Below are positions 7,983-16,357 of a stretch of 32,000 nucleotides of DNA, one piece after another (position 1 is the stretch's first letter; every line of letters begins with the position of its first letter). The notes under the pieces were generated by a model. It did no database searches. It was given only the letters and a program-made list of their open reading frames with translations, and was not told the origin of the DNA. Position numbers and translations under genes: made by a program. Origin of the DNA: Acholeplasma laidlawii PG-8A (GTDB lineage: Bacteria > Bacillota_I > Bacilli_A > Acholeplasmatales > Acholeplasmataceae); the NCBI RefSeq assembly GCF_000018785.1, contig NC_010163.1, forward strand, positions 1,110,001 through 1,142,000. Direction: 5' to 3'.

Positions 7983-8802
7983 AGTTAATGATAATGACTT
8001 CTTCTACATTTCCACGACCATTTGGATTTGAATTTACAACACGCTTTGCAGGGACAACATGTATCTTGTAATCTTTATAAAGATTTCTAATAAAGTCTGT
8101 ATTATGATTACTTAACATCACTTTCACACCACGCTTATCCAATGCTTTAAATGTTTCAAATAATCGTATTTGATCTTCTTTATTAAAATCGCCTTGAGCA
8201 TAGGATGTAAAGGAATTTTTATCTTCCCAAGGATCATATGGTGGATCAAAGTACACAAAGTCATCTTTTTTAGCATCCTTAACTACTTCTTCAAAATCTA
8301 GATTGTTTATATAGACCTCATTAGATCTTAAGTAGTAATGAATGCTTGTTATGTTATCTAAATCATAAAGTTTTACCTTATCTCTTTTTCCTGAAGGTAC
8401 ATTATAAAATCCTTTTTTATTGACTCTATATAAACCATTAAATCCTGCTTTATTTAAGTAAATTACTCTTGCGGCTTTTTCAAATGGTTCAAGTGCACTA
8501 TACCCTTCTAATCTGTCCATCTCTCTAACTTCATAATAATATGTTTCATTATGATTCTTTTCATGATGATCTAACTTTAAAAGTAATTTCTTAAATTGTT
8601 CATTATCTTGTAGAGATATGTAAACAGATATTAAATCCTTGTTTACATCATTGATATAGGCTACATTAGGAGCAAACTCAAACAAGACTGCACCAGCACC
8701 AACAAATGGCTCATAATATGCATTAAAGTGATAAGGCATAAGTTCTTTGATATGACTTAACATTTGTCTTTTCCCACCAACCCATTTTAATACCGGTAAC
8801 AT
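7975..8802 (-). CDS. dpnM: DNA adenine methylase, Dam/DpnM type (alpha-class, GATC)
   Basis: 'VLKWVGGKRQMLSHI', 'YYEPFVGAGAVLFEF', 'DFVYFDPPYDPW'. ORF opens with TTG at 8823, but ATG at 8802 has RBS AGAGG. Overlaps dpnA by 8 bp. Confidence 0.92.
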   Translation of the reverse strand: MLPVLKWVGGKRQMLSHIKELMPYHFNAYYEPFVGAGAVLFEFAPNVAYINDVNKDLISVYISLQDNEQFKKLLLKLDHHEKNHNETYYYEVREMDRLEGYSALEPFEKAARVIYLNKAGFNGLYRVNKKGFYNVPSGKRDKVKLYDLDNITSIHYYLRSNEVYINNLDFEEVVKDAKKDDFVYFDPPYDPWEDKNSFTSYAQGDFNKEDQIRLFETFKALDKRGVKVMLSNHNTDFIRNLYKDYKIHVVPAKRVVNSNPNGRGNVEEVIIINYE

Positions 8803-8831
8803 TCCAACCTCTTTCAATAACAAGAGGTGTA

Positions 8832-8857
8832 TTCCTTAAAGGTACACCTTTAGGGAA
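8832..8857. promoter_or_regulatory. Putative serine-recombinase site/operator 1 (12+2+12)
   Basis: TTCCTTAAAGGT-AC-ACCTTTAGGGAA; half-sites TTCCTTAAAGGT and TTCCCTAAAGGT. Confidence 0.55.
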
Positions 8858-8955
8858 TTGTCAGTTTTTCAATAAATATTTCACTAAAGCCACAAACCTT
8901 AATAACTTGATCAATTTTATTAAAAATGATAGGATTAATATATATCACAAAACGA

Positions 8956-8981
8956 GTTAACAAAGGTGTACCTTTTAGGAA
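8956..8981. promoter_or_regulatory. Putative serine-recombinase site/operator 2 (12+2+12), inverted relative to site 1
   Basis: GTTAACAAAGGT-GT-ACCTTTTAGGAA; half-sites GTTAACAAAGGT and TTCCTAAAAGGT. The 14-mer AAAGGTGTACCTTT is the exact reverse complement of site 1. Confidence 0.55.
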
Positions 8982-9010
8982 AAAAGAGGTATTTTTTTAT
9001 GCCCATTTAA

Positions 9011-9019
9011 TGCTAGAAT
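9011..9019 (+). promoter_or_regulatory. Extended -10 promoter element for the serine recombinase gene
   Basis: TGCTAGAAT (TGn + TAGAAT) about 35 bp upstream of the start codon; -35 is weak. Confidence 0.4.
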
Positions 9020-9052
9020 GGTAACTATATTATTTTAATAGGAGCTAGCATC

Positions 9053-9631
9053 ATGACATACGCATATATAAGAGTTTCTAGTAAGACTCAACTTATTGAT
9101 AGACAACTATCAGAGATACACAAATTAAACATACCAAATAAAAATATCTTCGTAGATAAAGAAAGTGGTAAAGATTTTAATAGAAAGCAATATAAAAGAC
9201 TTAAAAGTAAACTCAAAAAAGATGACCTTGTTGTCATAAAAAGTATTGATAGATTAGGTAGGAACTATCAAATGATCATCGATGAATGGGCATATATCAC
9301 AAGGACTGTAGGTGCAGATATAAGAGTATTAGACATGCCATTATTAGACACTAGATCACACCCAGAAAACTTAGTAGGTAAGTTTATTAGTGATATTGTT
9401 CTACAAATACTTTCTTTTGTTGCAGAAAATGAGAGAGACAATATTAAACAAAGGCAAGCTGAAGGTATTAGAATAGCAAAAGAAAAGGGCATCCACATGG
9501 GACGCCCTAGATATGTTAAGCCAGATAATTTTGATGATATCGTTAGTTCATTTAAAAATAAACAAATAAGTCTTAATGAAGCCATTTCAACACTAGAATT
9601 ATCTAAATCAACGTTTTATAAGTATTTATAA
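9053..9631 (+). CDS. Serine recombinase, resolvase/invertase family (small, 192 aa)
   Basis: N-terminal 'YAYIRVSSKTQLIDRQL', 'IKSIDRLGRNYQMI', 'ENERDNIKQRQAEGI', 'KGIHMGRP', C-terminal HTH. Confidence 0.92.
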   Translation: MTYAYIRVSSKTQLIDRQLSEIHKLNIPNKNIFVDKESGKDFNRKQYKRLKSKLKKDDLVVIKSIDRLGRNYQMIIDEWAYITRTVGADIRVLDMPLLDTRSHPENLVGKFISDIVLQILSFVAENERDNIKQRQAEGIRIAKEKGIHMGRPRYVKPDNFDDIVSSFKNKQISLNEAISTLELSKSTFYKYL

Positions 9632-10006
9632 TTTTTCAATAATAGGTAAATCAGCTGCTGCAAAATCATAGTCAGCCATTTCTTCCTTAGTTAAGAATTT
9701 TGTATCTAAGTGTTCATTGGGTTTAAATTCACCCGAAACATATTCAGCAAAATATGCATGTAATGTAATGATAAATGAGTTATACTCATGAACTACAGTA
9801 GTCAAAAAGTCAGTTACTTTAATTTCAACATTAAGTTCTTCTTTAATTTCTCTAGCTAATGCTTCTTGATGTGTTTCACCTGGTTCAACTTTACCACCAG
9901 GAAACTCCCATTTACGTGCAAGTTCGCCTTGGTCTTTTCTTTGTGCAGCAAAATACTTATTATCTTTTTTTATAACAGCTGCTACGACTTCAATTTGTTT
10001 TTTCAT
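9626..10006 (-). CDS. NUDIX hydrolase, (8-oxo-)dGTP diphosphatase-like
   Basis: Nudix box 'GGKVEPGETHQEALAREIKEELNV'. The 158-aa ORF probably starts at internal ATG 10006 (MKKQIEVVAAVIKK) with RBS GGAG. Confidence 0.88.
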   Translation of the reverse strand: MKKQIEVVAAVIKKDNKYFAAQRKDQGELARKWEFPGGKVEPGETHQEALAREIKEELNVEIKVTDFLTTVVHEYNSFIITLHAYFAEYVSGEFKPNEHLDTKFLTKEEMADYDFAAADLPIIEKL

Positions 10007-12950
10007 TTTCTTTCTCCTTCGTGTAATCATATGTAAGTCTTTGATAAATATCATTTGGTACTCTATGTTCAAATTTAAGTTTAAACGAAATTGGTGCTTC
10101 ACCCACGTATTCTTCTACAAAAACTTTCCCTAAATAAGTAAAGTCTCTACTATAGCCTTTACCCTTAGTTGCTTCTGTTGCAGATTTTCTAACAAATAAG
10201 TGGAGGTTAAACCCTAATTCTTTATGGTTAACTAAATTCTTACCTGTTTCATTTGTGGTTCTTGTAGAACCAGGTGATTGCCAGTGGAATGTATTTTGAT
10301 CTATAAAATAGTCATCATAGTTAATACTATCATGTACATCGCCTTTTACCAAATTAACTGTTAAGTAATATTCTTTTTCAATTCTAATTAAGCCTGACAT
10401 TAATAGCCCTGACACATTTTTATCAAACAATGACAGTGTATAGATTTCAGTCTTAGAATACTCATGATAAAGATCTACAAATGGATAAGGTGCCACTTTT
10501 CTATCAAACTCATGATGATATCTAGCAAGACCATAACTAATTGTATTGTTGATAATATCTGTGTATCTAACGTTTTCAAAAATATTACTAAAATCATCGG
10601 ATACTCTGATTTGACTATTTGATTTTTCTATAACCTTTATATTATTCTTTTTATCCGTTACTGAACCAAATTCTAGGAGTAGGTTTTTTACCGAGTGATT
10701 AAAGCTATCCAGGTTAGGGTTATCAATGTATTTTTTCATTTTTGAAAATAATTCATTCATTTCTAGTGCTTTATAATGAGTTAGTTCCCTTAATATTGCA
10801 TATTCATAAGGGCGTTTAATTGGTAACATACTATCGAGATATCCAATTAATTTAATAAATGAATCGTGTAATGAGGAATCTTCTAAAATACCTTTTTCCT
10901 GTGATGCTACAAAACTAATATAGGATTTTTTCTTTTTTATGAACCTAATCGGATCAAACTCATCAAATGCAAAGTCTGTTAATCTAGGAACACGTCCTAG
11001 ATTTTTCTTTTTATCTAGATATGCTTCCTTTAGATAAGTGATCTCGTTAAAGTCAGTAGCCTCTAATTGTGCTAATATTCTTTCCTTTGATACTTTATTC
11101 AAACTAATAAAAGTATCTCCCGGTATATCAAAGAAATCATTTGCTGTAGATACAATCAAATCATCCTTATCATAGGCTTTATCACCAATAAGTGCAATCG
11201 GAAGTAAAAAGTTCTTGTTATGGTTTGCAATAAAGTCTAATACTGTTAAATATTCTTTATCTTTATATTTTCTTAAACCTCTACCAAGTTGTTGCGTGAA
11301 AATAATAGATGAATTCGTCGGTCTTAGCATTAGTATCAAATTCACTGATGGTATATCAATACCTTCATTAAATATCTCTACTGTAAATATATAGGATAAG
11401 GGATCATTTGGATCTTCTAATCTTCTAATAGTATCTTCTCTGTCAAGTTCAGCCGTTCCACCAGTTAAGGCAATAGATACTAATCCTCTTTCATTAAAAG
11501 CATTAGCCATATATTCAGCATGGGCAATATTCACACAATAACCAAGTGCTTTGGTCTTATCTCCAGAATGTTTGTACTTTTTAATATTCTCAATAATTAA
11601 CTCTACACGAGCCTTGATATTTAGTTTTTCAGCTAGTTTATCTATTTCAGTATTTAAATTAATATTTTGAATATCCGTTGTTGCATCTTCTATACCAAAA
11701 TAGTGAAATGGTACTACAAGTTCTTTTTCTAAAGCTTGTCTTAATCTAATTTCAACTGCAATCTGATTATCATATAATTCATAAATATTTCTAGAATCGG
11801 TTCTTTCGGGTGTCGCTGTCATACCTAATAAAAACTTAGGTGTAAAGTAACTTGTGATTCTCTGATAACTATCTGCAGCACTACGATGTGCCTCATCTAT
11901 AATAATATAGTCAAAATAGCTAGGATCAAATAGGTTTAAGTTATCAATTTTAGAAATAGTTTGAACAGATGCAAAAAGATAATCACTTTCTAAATCTTTT
12001 TTAGAACCTACAAATTCACCCATTGATACTTCAGGCATAATTGTTTTGAATGTTCTAAGTGCATCCCTTAATATTTTTCCTCTATGTACAACAAATAATA
12101 CCTTTTTAGGTCTTAACTGGAAAACATCAAATGCAGATAGGTATGTTTTACCAGTTCCAGTGGCAGCAATAATAAGTGCTTTATTACCCCCACTATTTCT
12201 AATGTTATTTAGGCCCTCTAAGGCCATTTCTTGCATTTCATTAGGTTTTATTTCATTAACATCTACTTGTTCAATAAAATCTTTAAGTTCGTTATTTTCA
12301 TCGATATTAAATCCTTGCATCGCATCCACAATCTCGTGATCAGGATTTCTCTTGATAAATTCAAAAAAGAAGTCAAGCATTGCCTTTTTGCCTTCATCAA
12401 CCATTCTTTTACTCTCATAGAGTGTTTTATATTCTTTTATGACTTTAGGTGTTAATTGTAGGGATTTAGGGTCATTAAATAATTCATCAAAGTTATCGAT
12501 GATATTTTCTTTAGTTTTGTCATCATTTTTGGCAACATACTTCAAATTCCACTCGTGGTTATTTTTAAGTGCATACTGAGTCATATTACTTGAACCAACT
12601 ACAATTTCAAAATGATTTCCCATATCGAATATATATGCTTTTGTATGAAACTTTCTAATACTTGTTAAAGCATCATATAGTTTTGCCTCTATATAGTTTT
12701 GGTCACCTATCATTTCAAGTGCTCTAGGTGTAGTACCAAACTCATAATTAGTTGTTATAAGTTTTCCTTTGACACCTCTTTTACCTGCATCTATAAGATC
12801 ATCTATGATGAGTTGCAAGCCAGAGTCACTAATAAAAGCCACGCTAAAAGAAAAACTTTGACATCTTTTCAAAGCATCTTTTAAATAATGATAAAAGCTT
12901 GATTTTAAATTGTTCGTAAGAAGTTCTACGGGTTGTTGATTTATTTTCAC
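9990..12950 (-). CDS. PLD-like nuclease / DEAD-DEAH (SF2) helicase / DUF3427 protein
   Basis: HKD-like 'HTKAYIFDMGNHFEIVVGSSNMT', Walker A 'AATGTGKTYL', 'IIIDEAHRS', motif VI 'QQLGRGLRKY', ~400-aa C-terminal region typical of DUF3427. GTG start at 12950 with GAGGT RBS. Confidence 0.88.
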   Translation of the reverse strand: MKINQQPVELLTNNLKSSFYHYLKDALKRCQSFSFSVAFISDSGLQLIIDDLIDAGKRGVKGKLITTNYEFGTTPRALEMIGDQNYIEAKLYDALTSIRKFHTKAYIFDMGNHFEIVVGSSNMTQYALKNNHEWNLKYVAKNDDKTKENIIDNFDELFNDPKSLQLTPKVIKEYKTLYESKRMVDEGKKAMLDFFFEFIKRNPDHEIVDAMQGFNIDENNELKDFIEQVDVNEIKPNEMQEMALEGLNNIRNSGGNKALIIAATGTGKTYLSAFDVFQLRPKKVLFVVHRGKILRDALRTFKTIMPEVSMGEFVGSKKDLESDYLFASVQTISKIDNLNLFDPSYFDYIIIDEAHRSAADSYQRITSYFTPKFLLGMTATPERTDSRNIYELYDNQIAVEIRLRQALEKELVVPFHYFGIEDATTDIQNINLNTEIDKLAEKLNIKARVELIIENIKKYKHSGDKTKALGYCVNIAHAEYMANAFNERGLVSIALTGGTAELDREDTIRRLEDPNDPLSYIFTVEIFNEGIDIPSVNLILMLRPTNSSIIFTQQLGRGLRKYKDKEYLTVLDFIANHNKNFLLPIALIGDKAYDKDDLIVSTANDFFDIPGDTFISLNKVSKERILAQLEATDFNEITYLKEAYLDKKKNLGRVPRLTDFAFDEFDPIRFIKKKKSYISFVASQEKGILEDSSLHDSFIKLIGYLDSMLPIKRPYEYAILRELTHYKALEMNELFSKMKKYIDNPNLDSFNHSVKNLLLEFGSVTDKKNNIKVIEKSNSQIRVSDDFSNIFENVRYTDIINNTISYGLARYHHEFDRKVAPYPFVDLYHEYSKTEIYTLSLFDKNVSGLLMSGLIRIEKEYYLTVNLVKGDVHDSINYDDYFIDQNTFHWQSPGSTRTTNETGKNLVNHKELGFNLHLFVRKSATEATKGKGYSRDFTYLGKVFVEEYVGEAPISFKLKFEHRVPNDIYQRLTYDYTKEKENEKTN

Positions 12951-12985
12951 GTCTACCTCATAAATTCTTGTTAACTTTATTTACA

Positions 12986-14125
12986 TTAAATACCTAAATA
13001 ATCATATACACCTTTAACACCATCTACTTCAGTGTCATTGGATATTGATTTTAATCGCTTTTTAGTATTCTTAACTTTAAAGACTTGTTTTAGTATTCTA
13101 ACAAACCACGCCCATGGTAAAAGCCATGGGTGTTTTTTTAAGTAAGTATAAGTTTCTTTGATTCTATCTCTACTCGGGAAAACTTCGCTAAAGAAGAACC
13201 CTAATTTAGATTTTTTAAGTCTTGTTTGTTCGTGCGTTCTTTTTGTTAGATACATATCATGTTTAGTACCAGATCCGTGAATACCACTATTCATGATGTA
13301 ATCTATGACGTGGTAGTCTTGTTCTTGTGGTTTTATTTGATTGGTAAATATTTGATTTAGTCTGATAACTTTATCATTAAAGTCTTTTAAGTTATAAGTT
13401 ATTAGGTATTCATTTAATTTATTCAAATCCATAATAGACTCATAATACTCAAAATACACCTTCATATCTAGTAAACTACGAATACCTACACCTGAGGTGC
13501 GTATATGTCTAATTAAATGTGTTAATAGATAAACATATTCGAAAGCTGGTTCTAACTTATAAGTATAACCATCTACTTGATATACGTGATCCCACACATT
13601 TTTAAGTAGTGCTTCATTTTCATATTCATTGCTAGAAGTGATACTTTGGTGTAGTTCTATAAAGTTACCATCAGCTGTTTCATAAACATGATGATGTGAG
13701 GTAGCACTTTTAAATTTGTAGTTATGCTTAATTAATACTTTTTTAGCCACATCAAACATATCAAGTGGTACAACAACATCAATATCACCCATACCACGCA
13801 TATAACTTTCAGGATACAACTCTTTTAAGTGACTACCCTTCAAGAATACATGTTTAATCTTATGAGTGTTAAAAAGGCTTTTTAAATCCTTAATGATAGC
13901 TTGTTGCTGGATATCTTTAGATACAAAAGCACCAAATGCTTGCAACAGCATTTGGTGATATTTTGGCGTCTTAAAACTGGACTTATCGATTGTCTCAAAT
14001 AAAAGTCCTACTAATCCGTTTTCGAATATAATTTTTGTAAGTTCTAACTCATCTTGACTATCAAACTTATAGGTTTCTTTCTTAAAACTTAAATCAAGTA
14101 AGTGATATATGAGTTCATTTTGCAT
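12986..14125 (-). CDS. Nucleotidyltransferase family protein
   Basis: 'KIKHVFLKGSHLKELYPESYMRGMGDIDVVVP' nucleotidyltransferase signature. ORF opens with TTG at 14128; ATG at 14125. Confidence 0.8.
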   Translation of the reverse strand: MQNELIYHLLDLSFKKETYKFDSQDELELTKIIFENGLVGLLFETIDKSSFKTPKYHQMLLQAFGAFVSKDIQQQAIIKDLKSLFNTHKIKHVFLKGSHLKELYPESYMRGMGDIDVVVPLDMFDVAKKVLIKHNYKFKSATSHHHVYETADGNFIELHQSITSSNEYENEALLKNVWDHVYQVDGYTYKLEPAFEYVYLLTHLIRHIRTSGVGIRSLLDMKVYFEYYESIMDLNKLNEYLITYNLKDFNDKVIRLNQIFTNQIKPQEQDYHVIDYIMNSGIHGSGTKHDMYLTKRTHEQTRLKKSKLGFFFSEVFPSRDRIKETYTYLKKHPWLLPWAWFVRILKQVFKVKNTKKRLKSISNDTEVDGVKGVYDYLGI

Positions 14126-14142
14126 CAATATATAATTATCCT

Positions 14143-16023
14143 CTACTTGTTGTTTGGAACATATGATGAAACTATTTGTGATACATGTAGTTTCACTTCA
14201 TCATTTGTTAAAGACTCTAGATTATCTAATAAGTGTGTTGTTAATTCAACATTTAAATGATTACCATTACCATTTTCAATGAAGATTAATTTGTTTTCTG
14301 TTTTATGAATATTTGGATCATTTACATCCAGTAGAAGTTCTTCATAAAGTTTTTCACCTGGACGAAGACCAACGACTTCAATTTTAATATCTTCATCAAC
14401 TCTGTATCCTGCTAAGCGGATCATCTTTTCAGCAAACTCATAAATTTTAACTGGTTCACCCATATCTAAAATAAATAACTCACCATTTTTAGCATAAGCA
14501 CCACACTGTAAAATTAATGAAACTGATTCAGGAATCGTCATAAAGTATCTAGTGATTTCTTTATGCGTTACAGTGACTGGGCCACCATCTTCAATTTGTT
14601 TTTTAAATAGTGGAATTACTGAACCGTTAGAACCTAGTACATTACCAAATCTAACCGCCGTAAAGCTTGTTTCACTATGTTTTTGTTCATTAAAGATAAT
14701 GAGTTCAGCAAAACGTTTTGAAGCCCCCATAATGTTTGTAGAACGCACCGCTTTATCACTACTTACTAAGACGAATTTTTTAACGCCGTACTTCGTAGAA
14801 AGTTTTGCTGTATTCATAGTACCTAAAACGTTTGTTCTAACGGATTCTACAGCACTATCTTCCATTAAAGGTACATGCTTATAAGCTGCTGCATGAAATA
14901 CAATGGTTGGTTTAAATTCTTTAAAGATTTCTTCTAATCTCACTTTATTATAAACACTACCAATACGTACATCTAGTTTTGGATATTGTTTACTGGAATC
15001 TTTATACACTTTACGATTTAATTCCATTTGAATTTCATAAGCATTATTTTCATAAATATCAAAAATAATTAATTGTTTTGGATTCAGTTCAAATATTTGT
15101 CGACATAACTCGCTACCAATAGAACCCCCGCCACCAGTGACTAAGACAACTTCATCACCGATAAAGTCTCTAATTCCTTTGTTATCTAGTTTAATAACTG
15201 GTCTATTGAGTAAATCTTCAACTTTTAAATCTACTAACTTCGATACTTCATTTTGGTTTACATCTTCAATTAAGTTTAATTTCTTAACCTTAATGTGTAG
15301 TTGAATCAAGCTGTTTACAAGTTCATGGAATCTATGTTTTGGAAAGTTTTTGATTGCGATAATGACTTCTTGAACTGCGTATCTACCTACAATTTCTTTG
15401 ATATTATCTAAAGTACCTAATATCGAAATACCCATAATTTGTCTTCCGACTTTTTCTTTATCATCATCAACAAATCCAATAAGCACATTGTTTAAAGATT
15501 TATTTTTGTATATTTCTTTAACCACCATTTCACCAGCAGAACCTGCACCAATAATCAAAGTTCTAACGCCTGTTTCATGGGAAACTTTTAATCTAAGACG
15601 GTATGCAACCAAACTAGTTGTTCGTCTGATAATACGTGGTATGATCATCCCGGTTATTTCAATCAATGTGATTGTAATAAATGCAGACTCTGACATCACT
15701 TCTATATTGAACAAGAATATTGCTAGTACTAATAAAATATTTGTACCAGTTACAACAAGAATCATTCTAAAGAAATCCTCAAATGAAGCATACTTAGAAA
15801 TAATTCTATAAATCCCAAATATTTGGTTTAATAAAATTTTGGCTGGTATGATAAATGCAAAAGCTAACCATAGTGCTTTATGGTCATAATTGAGTTCAAT
15901 ACCTCCGCCCATGTTTTTAAATACCCAAATAGTTAGGTAATAGGATATAACTATGGTTGCTATATCGTATAATACATATTTATAAACTTTTAAAAAAGCC
16001 ATAAACTTCTCTTTTCTTGACAT
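14143..16023 (-). CDS. Polysaccharide biosynthesis protein, CapD/EpsC-type nucleoside-diphosphate-sugar epimerase/dehydratase
   Basis: N-terminal TM helices, 'VLVTGGGGSIGSELCRQI', 'HAAAYKHVPLMED', 'VSSDKAVRSTNIMGASKR'. ATG 16023 has RBS AGGGGAGA. Confidence 0.9.
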   Translation of the reverse strand: MSRKEKFMAFLKVYKYVLYDIATIVISYYLTIWVFKNMGGGIELNYDHKALWLAFAFIIPAKILLNQIFGIYRIISKYASFEDFFRMILVVTGTNILLVLAIFLFNIEVMSESAFITITLIEITGMIIPRIIRRTTSLVAYRLRLKVSHETGVRTLIIGAGSAGEMVVKEIYKNKSLNNVLIGFVDDDKEKVGRQIMGISILGTLDNIKEIVGRYAVQEVIIAIKNFPKHRFHELVNSLIQLHIKVKKLNLIEDVNQNEVSKLVDLKVEDLLNRPVIKLDNKGIRDFIGDEVVLVTGGGGSIGSELCRQIFELNPKQLIIFDIYENNAYEIQMELNRKVYKDSSKQYPKLDVRIGSVYNKVRLEEIFKEFKPTIVFHAAAYKHVPLMEDSAVESVRTNVLGTMNTAKLSTKYGVKKFVLVSSDKAVRSTNIMGASKRFAELIIFNEQKHSETSFTAVRFGNVLGSNGSVIPLFKKQIEDGGPVTVTHKEITRYFMTIPESVSLILQCGAYAKNGELFILDMGEPVKIYEFAEKMIRLAGYRVDEDIKIEVVGLRPGEKLYEELLLDVNDPNIHKTENKLIFIENGNGNHLNVELTTHLLDNLESLTNDEVKLHVSQIVSSYVPNNK

Positions 16024-16305
16024 ATAATCTCCCCTTAAATGTCTTTTTATATTGATATCCCACATCAAATAACACTGAAATACTTTTGATTAGTCATCAA
16101 TCAGTTTTTTATATACTAAAAGTATATCATATATTTCGCTAGAATGCATAACTAAAATACAATCTACTATTTCAAATCAGATAAAGGCATCATGATGCTT
16201 TTATGTTGGGACCAATTTACCAAATAAATCATGTGATTGATGATAAACTTAGGTATCATTTTACAGTGTTTGGCTTTAAGTTTTATATGAAATGCTTTTA
16301 TAAGG

Positions 16306-16340
16306 ACAAAAAAAGAGGATTGTCGTTAGATAATCCTCTT
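16306..16340 (-). terminator. Intrinsic terminator of pfkA-pyk
   Basis: AAGAGGATT/AATCCTCTT (16313-16321 / 16332-16340), T-run on the minus strand. Confidence 0.75.
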
Positions 16341-16357
16341 ATGAGTTGTTTAATTAA

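Noticed and set aside
6364-8823. Idea that the restriction-modification operon is decayed
   Set aside because: All three genes are intact with catalytic motifs (DPPY in both methylases), typical short overlaps and recognisable RBSs.
8825-8849. AGGTGTA/TACACCT hairpin next to recombinase-like site 1 as a terminator
   Set aside because: No T-run follows on either strand. It overlaps the 12+2+12 site, which explains the sequence better, though a role in the dpnM 5' leader cannot be excluded.
9268-9585. 105-aa ORF antisense to the serine recombinase
   Set aside because: Lies fully inside a confident resolvase coding region; sequence has no domain features.
12046-12884. Three plus-strand ORFs (97, 74, 61 aa) within the helicase gene
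   Set aside because: Shadow ORFs opposite conserved helicase and PLD motifs.
14552-15811. ORFs of 110 and 137 aa on plus strand within the CapD/EpsC gene
   Set aside because: Antisense shadow ORFs of a conserved gene; no recognisable RBS or family.
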